64,000 nucleotides of DNA from Eledone cirrhosa (GCA_964016885.1 OZ024741.1:187116001-187180000), one strand, 5' to 3'; positions 1 through 14,950 are shown, counted from the stretch's first letter. Numbers and translations: made by a program. The notes: generated by a model from the letters alone, not told the origin.

Positions 1-56
1 ATATTTTTTTGACCGGCCACCTTCCTGGTGGCAAGGTTGTAAAAGAAAAGAAATTG

Positions 57-3000
57 TCATCCCTTGAATCGCAAGAATGTTTTGCAAATTTTGAAGGTGC
101 CAGCTATCGCAGCCATTTGTAGACTATGAATTAGGGAGCTGCGCTTTTTGTCCGCAAATCCAAGTTCAGTTATACTTTGGTCCAAGCGGGTTGGTATATA
201 ACCCGTAGCTCCTATAATGATGGTATGAAGCTAAAGGTGTATCTTGGATACTGGATTTATAAACTCCTCATCAATGGTCCGTAAATGTCCTCCTTCTCCT
301 GTATTTTTCTGACAACGTTTACATCAAGAGGGCAGCTGATCTCCACAACAGAACAGGTTTTCAATGTGTGGTCCCAAACAACAATATCAGGCCGGTGGTG
401 CTTTAATTTGATGGCAGTTTTTATTTTCAGGTTCCACCAGTATTCCTTAGGGCCATCTGTCTCAATATATTCTTCATCGTTTGTTGTTAATTTTGTTTTC
501 CGAAGTGCGTTCCAGATGGTTCTAGCTATCCCATCGTGTCTCATGGGGAGGTAGTAGCGAGATGACATTCTTTCGCAGCTGGCAACAATGTGGCTTACAT
601 CCTCGATCTTTGTTTTACATAGCCTACATTTATTGTCAGCTGCTGGCCCTCCTCTTTTGTGCAGCAGATATTTGGTAGGGAGTTCTTGTTCCTGTATTGC
701 ATAGAGATATCCCTCAAGGTGTGATGTCATAAACTTGTCGGAACTCCATGCCAGGCTTTTTGAGTGGTTTATCCCCTCTATGGTCTGTGTTTTACGCCTC
801 AAGTATCCATGCACAACTTTTTCTGTAAATTGGTCAATTTTTTTATCTTGTTTGAACATTGAATAGGATCTTCCGATTTCTCTGGGTGAGAGATTTATAT
901 CAGGCTTTATTCCATATCTCTCCTCCAGATCAGTCGCTATTCTAATAATATTTCTTTTTTCATGCTCATAAACCTGGGCAAGATGGTTGCCAACCTTTTT
1001 CCTCTGTTGAAGGTGTTGTTTCAGTGTTACTATCCGGGTCTCATATGTTGTTAATATTGATTTTAGACCCCGGCGACCTTCCTTGCGTAAGAAATATAGC
1101 CTATCCACATCACCATTGATGTTAAAGTTCCCAGTAACACTGAGAAGTTTGCGAGTTCTAACATCTATCTCACTTAGTTCTTGCAATGACCAGTTCAGTA
1201 GGCCAAATGTTGGCGTTAGAATTGGCACAGCATAAGTATTGTGGGCAATGTATTTGTTGTATGCTGACAGTTCTGATGCCCATATTTTCTTTACTCTTCT
1301 GAGGTATTCAGTTCTGGTTCTCTCCTTATTTATGGGTCCATCATATCTGACATTCTCATCCTGTCCAAGATATCTGTAGTTGTCACCTGACTGCAGAGGT
1401 TGTATTTTCAGGCCGTTCATCTCTAGATTTCTAGAGGAGGGCACAGCTCTTCCACGTTTTACTGCCAAATATGCACACTTGGACTCACCAAATTTCATTT
1501 TGATGTCGGTTGAAAATTGTGTAATGAGGTCCAATTGTTTCTTGATGTCATTGATATTTGGCCCATACAACTTCAGGTCATCAACAAAGAAAAGATGGGA
1601 GATACTTCTGAGCCCACTTCTTTGTCCACCTTGTTTCCTGAGTTGGTAAGATAGTGGATTCAGTGAGAGACGAAGAGTAGCACTGACAAGCTATCACCCT
1701 GAAAGATGCCCTTCTGGTAATGTATCTTATCAGTCTTAACCTGCTCCTTCTCACCTCTAAGGATCAAATTGGTGTACCAGTTCTTGGTCAGGCGTTCAAC
1801 AGCAGCTACCAATGGTTGTGGGACTTTAGCTAACTGTAAAGCCTTAATAATCCACCCATGAGGTACACTATCAAATACTTTTTGATAGTCCAGCCACACC
1901 ACAGTCATGTTTCTGCGATTCTTTGTTATTTTTTCCTGAATCATTTTGTTAGTAGGTGATCTATGCAATCCCACACCTCCCTCTTTCCACCAGCTTGCTC
2001 AGGTGTTATGATGTTGTTGGTAGCACAGTGATCCTGTAAGAACAGGTTAAGGCACCCAGTATATAATTTATACATGATGTTTTGGCAGGCTATTGGGCGG
2101 TAATTTTTAGCAAGGGTGGTTTGGCTATTTTTGGGAATGAGGAGAGTAGTTGCAGTTGATAACCATCTGGGCAGTTTTTGTGTGCCCTTAATGGTTTCTG
2201 TAAACAGCCGTATGAGATCTTGCCGATAGAAAGAGAAATTCTTCAACCAGTATCCTGTAATGAGGTCTGGGCCTGGCGATTTCCTATTCGACATTTTCTG
2301 TAGAGCTGTTTCCAGTATTGACCCATTTATGTCATATTGTTTTGTCTGGACATGTTGGCAGTAGTCCTGTTCCAGTTCTTTTAGCCAATTAGCTTGTGTG
2401 TTGAATCCGTCATCCGTTTCCCATACAGATCTCCAGTAACTCTCAACCTGTTCTTTTGAAGGGGTGTCGTTTACAGGGATTGAGCTTTTGCCACCGAAGC
2501 TGCGATAAACTGATTTAGGATCTCTGGCAAACAATCTATTTAGCACTTGTCGTTTATGTGCTGTTGACTTATATTTTAGTCTTTCTGTTGTAGCTGTGAG
2601 TTGCTGTTTCAACTGGTGTAATTTGGAGTTCAAAGTTTTAAATTTTGTATCTCCAAATCGTCTCTCTAACTTTTTCTTTAGGTTTCCTGGTGTCGTGTGA
2701 AGTTGCTCTTTATGTTGCATTCATAACGACTGCGATGTGTGAGATACTTCGTCTCAGGGACAAAATTTTGGTTTTTAAATTTCGCATCCACGCTGGTTCA
2801 GGCTTTCTGTTTGTATCTTGATTGCGTGGTTTTAGATGTGTGTTATATGATAGCAATGTGACAGCTGAAACATATAACAAAACATTAAGCGTTTCAAATG
2901 TCGTTTCTACATCTTTAGATCGTATAGCCTTCAGATAATTGCCAGCTATTTCGTTCACCGCTTCCAATTCCAATTTAGTGGGTTCTTTATTGATTCTAGG

Positions 3001-3894
3001 GTTGTATGGTCTGTCACTCACATTAAGGCTGTGTATCTCTTGAAACATATCGTTCCATATCACTTGTAGGGTGTCCACAAGTTTTTGGTGCTCTGTTTGT
3101 TCAGTAGAGTCATGAATTTCAGCCTCGTTGTTGATGTGGTGACAATTACTACTAGAGTTAGCTGACCTTTCTCGCTGTTCTTCAGTGGAAGTGGGATGGA
3201 TTTCAGCAAAATTGTTGGTGAGCTGTTCACTGTTAGATTTAGCTGGCCATTCTCTTTGTCTGTCAGTGGAGGTGGGGTGGTTGTCTACAAGGGCTGTATT
3301 TGTAGTATCACTCAATTCCGTTAGATGTATCAATTTACATCTAATGATACGTTTTGCCTGTTCATTTAAATGCTTTGGAGAAAAGTCTAATTCTGGGTGT
3401 TTGGAGTTCCATAAAGTTTTTAGCCTTTGCATAAAACCGAACTTTTGGGGTTCAGATTGTTTGTATGCTTCATATAATACTTTGTTAAGCTCGTAGCTCC
3501 ACTGTCTACAACGGTTGTAGTTGCGATTTGGTCGAAGGAGACTTGTACTTTTTGCCATGATGAGTTCGTCTATTCACTAATATTTCGTATTTATTTTTCA
3601 AAATAGTCGATGATCTTCTTTAAAAGTTACGACAAAGTTCTGTCAGAATCAAATTTAAAGTTATTCACAGCTTGGGTAATATTTCTTTTCAGTTAGTTTT
3701 TAATTCTACAACTGTGTTTTAAACGTTGTTCTTGAATCGTTTGAATCGAGAACAAAAAGAACCGTTACTTAGTATATTTCTTTATGAATGTAATATAATG
3801 TAACAACGCTGTATTTATATGTTAAAGTTTATGTATCATTCATATAAATAGGTGTTCTACAACTTATTCACAACATATTCACAGTTCAAACACT
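57..3894 (-). mobile_element. Near full-length R4/Dong-clade non-LTR retrotransposon (RT + CCHC + restriction-like endonuclease), frameshifted; family A
   Basis: Consecutive minus-strand ORFs 2710-3558, 1941-2720, 1660-1974 and 257-1570. RT motifs KSPGPD, NYRPIAC, WLDYQKVFDSVPH, GIFQGDSLS, YRYLG; zinc knuckle CRLCK..HIVASC; RHD; RLE motif RPDIVVWD..VVEISCP. C-terminus continues past a stop and frameshift to ...GTFKICKTFLRFKG* at 57. The 5' end abuts (CATA)n. Confidence 0.92.
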
Positions 3895-4205
<311 letters not shown>

Positions 4206-4675
4206 TAACATGGCTAGTAAACAAAATATTTCTGGTGCTTGTGAATATATAAAAGAACAGATATTGTTGATTTGTTAAAATATATTCATTTTTTAATGAT
4301 ACATTTTTCCTATCAACTCAGTTATTTCAGATAATCTGAAATTTCTATTCAAGTACATCTTTAATTATTTTTACTTACAAGTTTCGCTGTGAAATATAAA
4401 CAAATGTAAATAAATGTTGATAAATGTCCATAAGTAGGACAATAGTTGCGTTAGTCTAACTAGTTTCATATCTTGTTGGAAATTTATCCAGGAATAAGTA
4501 CTCTCATTTGCTGTCCAGATGGAAATTGCAACCTGGTTGGAAAAAAGGATTTCTGTTACATTTCCCAGTGCGGTTAGATTCATTATTCATTTATCGAAAC
4601 TAAAATGCAAATATCTGTAGATATTTTGTATTGAAAGGCAAGCTACTAAGTGTCATTAATGAGTATGTTGCAAAC

Positions 4676-4872
4676 TGTCGGTTAATTAGCAAACATTTCG
4701 GCTAGTTAGCCAACATGTGGGCTACCCGGACAAATTATTGATTAGTCAGTGCCATATTTGGCTAATTACTAAAAATATCGGCTAGTCAATGGGAAATGCT
4801 GGTCGTTAGCAGACATTTGAGCTAATTAACTAAAACTATAGCTTGTTAAGCAAAAATTTGGGTGAATTAGCA
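4676..4872. repeat. Degenerate ~20-bp tandem array (gctaattagcaaacatttcg-like, about 10 units)
   Basis: Units recur every ~20 nt: gttaattagc, gctagttagc, gctaattact, gctagtcaat, gctaattaac. Confidence 0.6.
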
Positions 4873-5715
4873 AAATCTGTAAAATGAGAAGTTTACAGAT
4901 TTACGGTAATGATATTCAAATGCTAATACTCTGATTTCAAATTTCACCGGTGTGTTTTTTCTATCTCGGTCACATATTTTTACTATTTTGTGAAAGGGTG
5001 AAGGGCAATACGTATGGAACATTATTTTATCAGGACCTCCGAAGCTGGTGAAAGAAAAGGAGGAAATGATTCCCAAACCGGTGACAAGACCCGAATGCAT
5101 GCAACTGCATGGAATCCGCTAAAAGAACCTATTATACATGTGGCTGTGATAAACCGAGTGACGGGTTAGGACCATGTTCCAAGTAGACCGCAACACAGTT
5201 TCAACTCAGAATGCAAAAATCCAAAACAAATACCTCAAAGCATCTCGTTGGATATTCTAACAATCCATCCATCCATCATCCTGGACTGTTACTTTAGTTT
5301 ATCCACCCTGAAAAGTCAACGTTGATCTCGGTGAGATTTGAACGCAGATCACAAAGAGCTGACACAATATTGTAAGCAATTTTATCCTATGTGCTAATGT
5401 ATCAGTTATTTTTATGCCATAAATGATTAGATAAGTATCAACTTTGTCCTGAGATAGATTCTATCAATTGTATCATTTTATCGCATATTTTCACTATTAT
5501 GTCAATTAAATACTATGATGCTGCTTGTAGATATACTGCCATCTTAAATGATAATAAGAGAGAAAATACCGGTGACAAGAAAATGCAAGGCAGTTTCAAT
5601 TCCTAGCTAAGGATGACCACATCGTTTTTTGGCGCGCTAATGTCGCAAGGAAATGCATCAAGGCTAGAATCTACCACAATATTACAGCTTTCGAAACAAA
5701 GAAGGAATCCTCAGA

Positions 5716-5910
5716 TTGCTACAAGCAGCAGGCAAATATCCCTCAAATCAAACACACTATAGTCTTAAATGAAAATAGGGAAATATTGTATAATGTGATC
5801 CTGGATATACTATGTTTGAAATACAAAGTAGATGGCCAAAGCTAGAACATATTTGTCCATAAGTTTGCTTGATCAGAACTAATCTTGAGTTAAACAGGAA
5901 GAGCAACAAC
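5716..5910 (+). mobile_element. ~200-bp dispersed repeat ending in (AAC)n, SINE-like 3' module
   Basis: Motif gcta..a.agcagc..aa....cctcaaatca...gtctt...taatgt...gatca...g..ttaaacaacaac also seen at ~7597-7760 and three times at 22160-22970. Confidence 0.55.
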
Positions 5911-7475
5911 GGTTACAAACGGAAGTGGATAAAATGATAGCATGGAGTAAAGAAGTTAAACTCCCACTTAACACATCAAAATGCGAGTCAAACTTCTTTG
6001 GAACATCCAGTGCAGAAGCGAGGCGGCAACCAAATATTACTATTGACGGGGTAAGACTATCCTTTAACCCTAATCCCGTCTTTTTGGGCGTCACATATTA
6101 TAGGACACTCTCCTTTGGAGAACATGTAAAAAAGATCTGCCAAAAACTTCAACAGCGTGTCAACATCCTTGGGGGTACCTCATGGGGCTGGCATACCGCA
6201 GATCTTCGTCAAGTATACGCCTGGCCGAGTACGGCTCCCCAGGCTGGGCTCCCTGCGTGTCAGCCACTAACATCGGCAAGCTTGAAAGAGCACAACTAGA
6301 AGCAGCTCGAGCGATCACTGGACATGTACGCACAACACCAACTGAGGCTGTCCTACTTGAAGCACACCTTCCACCGTTGGAATGCCGCTTTCATGCTCTC
6401 TTCCTCTTGAAAGCAGATGAATGGGCAGAACCTCCCCACCTCCGATCATCGAAACCAATTACTCAATGCTAACGTAAGGCGCCGACTCCGCCGTCTTGAT
6501 TGGCGATGTAGACAGCTGCCAGCCCTTGATCGTCTTGGCATACCCTCGACAACAGATACCCAACTACCAACAAGAAGCAGCCGTAGGAATTACCACCACC
6601 AATCCCTGCTACTTTTACCCCCGTGAGCAAATCAATGCCAGTAGCACTACAACTTAAAGCAGCACTGGCTCATCTATCGACACTCGCCTCGGTCGAATTT
6701 GCGTGTATACAGATGGATCAACATGCGACCGTACGACCAATGGCGGTGCCTGTCTCGTAATCATCCAAAATGAAAAGGTAGTTCACGAGTGGCACGCTCT
6801 GTAACAGTTCCTTTCATTCCGAAAGAATTGCATTCAAACAAGCCCTCCTATGGTTACAGGCAGACACCAGCTGGGAGTCCTTCAATGTCATCTGTGACTG
6901 CAAGTCGCTGGTTCAAGCAGTCAACAACCCCTTCTCCCATGAGCCTTTCATTACTGAGCTGCAAGGGATCGCTAACAAAATCACAAAGTGGAGAACCTTA
7001 GCAGCTGTCTGGGTCCCGGGGCACTGCAACATCAAAGGGAATGAACTGGCGGACGCCCAGGCGAAACAAGGCTCAGCATCTACTCAACTGGAAAGTTCAA
7101 TCGATACCGCCACTCGACGCGCTGTCATTCGCCCACCACCGATCCAGCATCAACGTCTACAGTCAGTCTTTAGTCACCACCCAAATGAAGAGAGTGAGCA
7201 AACTGTCTCCAAAGCAGATCGGAACCATCTCGTTCGCTTCCGCAGTGGACATCACACGTCATTAGGGAGATGGCTCCATATGATCGGCCAAGCAGAAATC
7301 AACACATGCCGTCTATGCGGAGATGAAGAAGAATCCTCCAAACAACTTTGGATGAGATGTCCGGCCTTGATGGTGGATTTTTATCACCACCAACTCGGCT
7401 CCAGCATGGATGAACTCATACGTCTCCCACACGCCAGTCTAGCGCTACTTAGGCTAATCCTCAGTTCGCCTGCGG
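5900..7475 (+). mobile_element. 5'-truncated I-group (Ingi/Nimb/I-like) LINE with RNase H, degraded
   Basis: RT thumb FLGVTY..TLSFGEHV, GTSWGW, EYGSPGW, LERAQLEAARAITG..TTPTEAVLLEA; RNase H YTDGS...CDCKSL...WVPGHCNIKGNELAD; C-terminal CRLCGDEEESSKQLWMRC; followed by an AAC/AGC-rich tail. Confidence 0.85.
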
Positions 7476-8161
7476 TAAAAAAGCAAAGAAAAGCAGCAAC
7501 AACGGTAACAATAACAGCAACAGCTGGACCAGTAACAACAGTAACTGTAGCAGCACAGTAACAATAACAACAAGAGTAGCGGCAGAACACTAGCAACAGC
7601 TATAGAAACAACAACCCTCAAATCACACAAAACTAACAAGGACACATTGCATAATGTTTTAGACATACTATAAAGGTAATAAATTGACAGGGTCATTGAA
7701 CTGTAAGTCCGGCTGTATTGGTGCAGGCTTTCTATACTCTGAGATGAAATCAAACCAAGGTCAACTTTGTGGTTTCATACATCCGAAGACGTTAAATAAA
7801 ATGCCAGTTAGGTACTGGTGGGTCAATTTTTCTCTCTTTCTCTCTCTCGACCCCCCCCCCCCTCTCTCTCTCTCACGCCCTCTCTCTCTCGCCCCTCTAT
7901 CTCTCCCTCTCTCTCTCTCTCTCCCTCTATCTGAATCAGTGATGTTACGCCAAAGGAATGGCCATATGAAGCCACTCATAGCGTCCATTTCTCCAGTTGA
8001 GCTGCATAACGACCAATTCTCATAGAAAGTCCTATATGCTACTAGAACGATGCATGAAGAAATCAATGTGATATAAAGCAGAGAACGGAAATCAAGAAAA
8101 ACAAAGAAGAGTTAATTACAAGTTTGCTCTCTCACGGTTGATCTGGGACTAAAGAAAAATG

Positions 8162-8354
8162 ATTTCTAATTTAGGCACAAGGCCAGCAATTTTAGGGAAG
8201 GAAAAGTCGTTTATATCGATATTATTACTTGAATAGTAATTTATTTTATTGACGTCGGAAAGATGAAGGCAAAATTTCCTCGGTTAGATTTGAATGTAAA
8301 GTCTAACTAAATATAGCAAATAAGTTTGTTCGACGCTCTAGCGATTCTTCCAAT
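8162..8354 (-). mobile_element. Old copy of tRNA-derived SINE (family S)
   Basis: ggcacaaggccagcaatt...ttattttattgac...gatgaaggcaaa..cctcgg..gatttgaa matches the younger copies. Confidence 0.7.
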
Positions 8355-8984
8355 CTGAAAACAAAAAAACAACAACTATATAGAAAGTTGTGTTTCATGT
8401 CCAAATAAACGTTATGGATAAACCTCTGCTCTGTTATATATTAATTACACACGTGGAGTTAGAGTAATTGATGGCTTTTTGAAAAATATTTTGATAAACA
8501 ATTACGCCTTACTATTACACACACGTGAGTGTGTGTGTGTTTATGTATGTGTGTGTTTATGTGTGAGTGTGTGTTTATGAACGTGTGTGCGTTTATGTGT
8601 GTGTGTGTGTGTGTTTATGTATATGTGAATGTGTGTGTGCGTTTATGTGTGTGTTTTTTTGTATATGTGAGTGTGTGTCTGTGCGTTTTGCGTTGTGTGT
8701 GTTTGGTCTCTTTTTTCTGTAAGCGGGTATATGTGTGTGAATGTATCTATGAATGTTTATGTTTGTGAGTTTGTGTTTATGACTGTAGGAGGATATATGT
8801 GTACGTATGTATTTAGGAGTGTTTGGATGGTTTATTTATAGATATTTGTGTTTGTGTGTGTCTTTCTGTGTTCGTGTAGTTTATAATGGGAAGATATTTA
8901 TTTATGTACACGTTTATTATGTATTTTGAGCTTGCATGTTTATCTGCGTTGTGTGTATGCGATTACGTATATACATATATATGT

Positions 8985-9091
<107 letters not shown>

Positions 9092-9584
9092 TTATGTTTG
9101 CTGTGTATATGACTACGCTGTTTGGGTAAGCGTGTTTATGTTTATTGTGAACATGCTTATATGTGTTGTGTACGTATGTTTATGTATAGTGTATCTTTGG
9201 GCATATGTTTTTGTGGGATACATCTTATGTTGTGTGAGTTTGGGGTTGTATTTAAGGAATATGTATCACGGTTCTTGTTTATTCCAGGTCTGACACGATA
9301 GGACTGTCCTGTTCATTATCTAGCATGTTCTTCAAAAATATTTACAACGCAAATGTATGATTTGAGAAGGGTGTAGGTTGAACGACCTCGTAAAGTCATC
9401 TCCATCGATTCATGTATTATGCGTTTATACACACACACATATATATATATATATACACATACACATACATATATACACATACATATATACATGCATACAT
9501 ACATGCATACATATATTCATGCATATCTATCTATATCTATGTATATATATATATATATATATATACATGCATATACAGCCACAG

Positions 9585-10556
9585 TGATAGCTGTGACATG
9601 GTCACAGCTTAAAATATTCATAAGCTCCAAAGGGTCATCAATGAGGTGGGTGACCGGACTTGCCTTCAGTCAGACCTACTTGCTGTTATCCAATGGGCAG
9701 AAATGAATAATATGCTGTTGAATGAGGATAAATTTGAACTAATCAACTTTGGAAAAAAGGATGCCCTGAAACTACCATACTCTCTTCCTTCGGGTGAAAC
9801 TCTAGTGGCTTCCAATGACATCAGAGACCTGGGAGTAATTGTGGGGCCACTCATATAAACAGCAAAGTTCATATGGCCCGCTGAATGTGTTCCTGGATTC
9901 TCAGAACTTTCCAGTCGAGAGATATCTACACTGTTGTCCTTCTCTTCTCCACTTTTTCCCGACCCCACCTTGAATACTGTTGTCCACTGTGGTCACCCCA
10001 CACGAAACAAAGTATCATGAAAGTTGAAGCACCCCAAAGGTCAATTACAAAAATGATAGTTGGCATGACAGGCCTTGACTATTGGGGTCGATTAGAAAAG
10101 GTCAAACTTTATTCTCTTCCACGTCGCCGTGAGCGCTACATTATCTGTATGATCTGGAAAATATTCCATCAATTTATCCCAAATGATGTTGGTATCACCT
10201 TTAGTGTACACCCAAGGCTTGGGCCCCGTGCCACGAGAAAAATCCCACTCGCATCACATAACAACAATACGGCACAATTATTTCACCTCAATTGGCCCTG
10301 CACTCTTTAACATTACACCAAAACACATCAAAGCAGAGATAGACCCCATCAAGTTCATGAAGTCTTTGGATAATTTTTTTCAAGAAATTTTGGATAAGTT
10401 TTTTATATTTGGATATGCCTCCGTAAACAATAACTCTCTGCTCAAGTTGGCCATGGTGCCCAAACAGTGATTTGTAAGACTTCCTCAGGTGGTGCTATTA
10501 AGTTAGACTTGGCCTGAGCCAATACTGGCCGAAACCTATCAAAGTTATCAAAGTTA
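9585..10556 (+). mobile_element. 5'-truncated CR1-clade LINE fragment
   Basis: [72 protein letters not shown]; ends in a short tandem tail (tatcaaagt)x2. Confidence 0.88.
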
Positions 10557-10791
10557 TATATATATATAATATACGATATTAAACAAATGGAAACTATATT
10601 TATAAAACCATATTTATTTCATTATACATATTTCAGGGATACCTTTATATCGGTTATAAAATATTTATTTGTTGTATCCCAACAATTTTAAATAAAACTT
10701 TTGCATATATATATATAATATATATATATATATATAATAGTAGAACACTAGACGGTTATATCCGTAGTAGTGGAGCACTGAGTCCATGAAG

Positions 10792-10834
10792 ACCGAGCTG
10801 AAGATCCGCATAAGGCGAAATATTTGTTCTCGGT
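10792..10834 (+). ncRNA. Putative minimal type I hammerhead ribozyme (degenerate stem II closing pair)
   Basis: accgag-CTGAAGA-tccgcataaggc-GAAA-tatttg-TT-ctcggt: 6-bp stem I, intact core, short stems II and III. Confidence 0.6.
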
Positions 10835-10867
10835 ATGGTGAACTAACTGTTGTGGAACTACTTATTA

Positions 10868-10922
10868 TTCCATTTATCAAAAGTTTCAACAGAGGTGTCC
10901 GAGATAGTTCGTCAGAATGGAA
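10868..10922 (-). ncRNA. Putative degenerate hammerhead ribozyme
   Basis: Minus strand ttccatt-CTGACGA-(21 nt)-GAAA-cttttga-TA-aatggaa: perfect 7-bp stem I and intact core; stems II and III poorly paired. Confidence 0.45.
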
Positions 10923-10935
10923 AAAATTAATATAG

Positions 10936-11790
<855 letters not shown>

Positions 11791-12005
11791 TTTTCTCAAT
11801 GTGCACAAGAATTAGCGTTACCAACCTTAATTAACCGAAACCGTAGTTATTTCCAGAAGTTGACTGTGGAGATGTGACTGTCGGCTTTTCCGTTGTCTTT
11901 TTTCCATTGTCTTTGTCCTGTGCGGTCCCTATTTTTAATATATGTATATATATATATATATATATGTATATGCATTTATGTATGTATGTATTTTTGTGTG
12001 CGTGG

Positions 12006-12043
<38 letters not shown>

Positions 12044-12106
12044 AAAAAAGATGAAATCGAAAATACAAATGGAGTCTTTTTTTTTTTTTATATATTTATT
12101 TGATTC

Positions 12107-12142
12107 CTTTACCGGTTTCGCAGTTCTTGTTCTTTTCAAAAG
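12107..12142 (-). ncRNA. Putative minimal hammerhead, U3-A8 core variant (left arm)
   Basis: ctt-TTGAAAA-gaa-caagaac-tgc-GAAA-ccgg-TA-aag; ACCGGU palindromic stem III; one stem II mismatch. Confidence 0.55.
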
Positions 12143-12229
12143 TAGAATTGAGATGGAGGCTTTGTGGTTTTTCTCACATCTGAGAAAAACAGATGTGAGA
12201 AAAACAACAAACCCTCCATCTCAATTCTA

Positions 12230-12265
12230 CTTTTGAAAAGCACAAGAACTGCGAAACTGGTAAAG
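12230..12265 (+). ncRNA. Putative minimal hammerhead, U3-A8 core variant (right arm)
   Basis: ctt-TTGAAAA-gca-caagaac-tgc-GAAA-ctgg-TA-aag; stem II GCA/TGC intact. Confidence 0.6.
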
Positions 12266-12550
12266 AAACCAAATATATTTAAAAAAAAAAGACTCCAGTT
12301 GCATTTTCGATTTCATCTATTTTCCTTAGACTTTAACTCGTGTAGGACACCTCGTTTTTTTTCATTTGGTAAAGAAACCTCACTTTCTTATATATATATA
12401 TATATTTCTAGTTGTTATATAGTATGGAGCATTATTGGTTGTGTAAAATGGTCCAATAACTTTATGTTAGCAATATTAAGTTCTCCACGCTTTGGTATAT
12501 CTCCAATTCCATTCAAGGGAACATCTAGATGATGTAAAACGCAGTATAAG

Positions 12551-12807
12551 TATCAAAAAGAAAATCCGAAGGCAAGGTAAAATTCCAATCATTTAATCAC
12601 GACACATGTTTCATGTATGAGGGAATGAATTCTGTGAGAGAAAATCGTTATTTTTCTCCCTCATATCAAGAATTTGAAGACAATTCATTTTCACCAGATG
12701 AGTTCAGTGATAATCGATCATGGCGTCACAATCGATCTATCTCTTATTGAAACAGTTGTCGTGATTAAATGATTGGAATTTTACCTTGCCTTCGGATTTT
12801 CATTTTG

Positions 12808-12811
<4 letters not shown>
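12551..12811. mobile_element. Inverted-repeat cassette (~60-bp arms) with degenerate hammerhead
   Basis: tatcaaaaagaaaatccgaaggc...aatcacgaca (12551-12604) mirrors 12757-12810. Plus strand reads tcac-CAGATGA...GAAA-cagttg-TC-gtga (12691-12764). The arm end recurs at ~13507-13525. Confidence 0.7.
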
Positions 12812-13566
<755 letters not shown>

Positions 13567-14299
13567 ACGAAGGAAGTGTGATAAGCAGTCAGGTGGACCA
13601 TAACGCACCAGAGTACTCAATACTTTGGGTAGTAGAGTGGGTAATAGGAAAATGTTCAGAAATAGCCGTCGAAACGGCTTGAGCTCTGCCGACGGGGTCT
13701 TGAACATTTTCCTATATATATATATATATATTCATTCATCCACCCATCCCTTCATGCCGTGAATTCTAAATTCTCTGTCACATGCACTGTACTCCACCTC
13801 AGTCAACTGGGCAGTTTTTTTAATATTGTTGATATATTTCATATAGTTAAGATATGATTAGGTGCTTAGGTGCGAAGTAGTTTATTGGGGAGGTGGCTGG
13901 TTGGGCTCTTCACTGGTTGGGTGCAAAGGTGTTTTGTGGTTGTGTGGTTGTGTGGTTAGGGTTGTTGATTGGTTGGGGCTAAGGAGTTTGATGGTATGTC
14001 ATTTTTCGGAAAGACAGGAGATGAATTGTGAGTGGGTGAGGGAAGAAAGAAATAAGGGATTCTCTTTTCAGATTATTGATATGGGCAGTTCAAAGAGTGC
14101 AAAGATGAAAGCCTACGATACAAACACCCGTTTCCCTTCCTTTCACAAATAGCACACACAACAGAACAATATACACAACAGTATTACACATGACACGCAC
14201 ACAAAATACATTACACACATAAAAACAACAAACACCCGGAACCAGCGTAGTTATATTAAAATATTTTCAGCCAATCAGCGAACACTTCGACTGATTACA

Positions 14300-14950
14300 G
14301 TTGCTGAGAGTGCACTCACACAAACATACGCATACACACGCACATACACACGCGCACACACACACATGCACATATGCGCGCGCGCACGCACAAACACAGA
14401 AAAACGCGCGCGCACATAAACACACACATACACAAACACACACATACAAAAACCCACACATACACAAACAAACGCACAAACACACAAACACACACGAGCA
14501 CACATATACTCCCAAACGCACGCATACACTCACAAACACACGCGCACGCACAAACACACACACGCGCATAAGCACACGCACACACATACACTCACAAACG
14601 CACGCACACACAAACACACATGTACGCAAACACACTCACACACAAACACACACAGACACACATACTCTGCCAAACGCACGCACACACATACACTCACAAA
14701 CGTACGGACACACAAACACACACACACATACACACACACGCACATACACAAGCAAGCCCACGCATACACAAACGCACGCACACACAAACATCCACGCACA
14801 CACATACACTCGCAAACGCACGCACACACATACACTGACAAACACACGCGCACGCACAAATACACACACACACGCATAAGCACACGCACACACATACACT
14901 CACAAACGCACTCCCACACATGCAGTCACAAACACATGCCCACACACATC
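14300..14950. repeat. Degenerate CA-rich minisatellite
   Basis: Recurring cacacatacactcacaaacgcacgcacac-type units. Confidence 0.9.

Larger units (their letters stand above)
12041..12327. mobile_element. ~285-bp near-perfect palindrome carrying a hammerhead in each arm
   Basis: Arms mirror about ~12185 (ttttctcacatctg / cagatgtgagaaaa; agatgaaatcgaaaat / attttcgatttcatct). Confidence 0.85.

Noticed and set aside
3560-3894. HDV-like ribozyme at the 5' end of the R4/Dong element
   Set aside because: The 5' UTR is very AT-rich and I could not build the nested double pseudoknot by eye.
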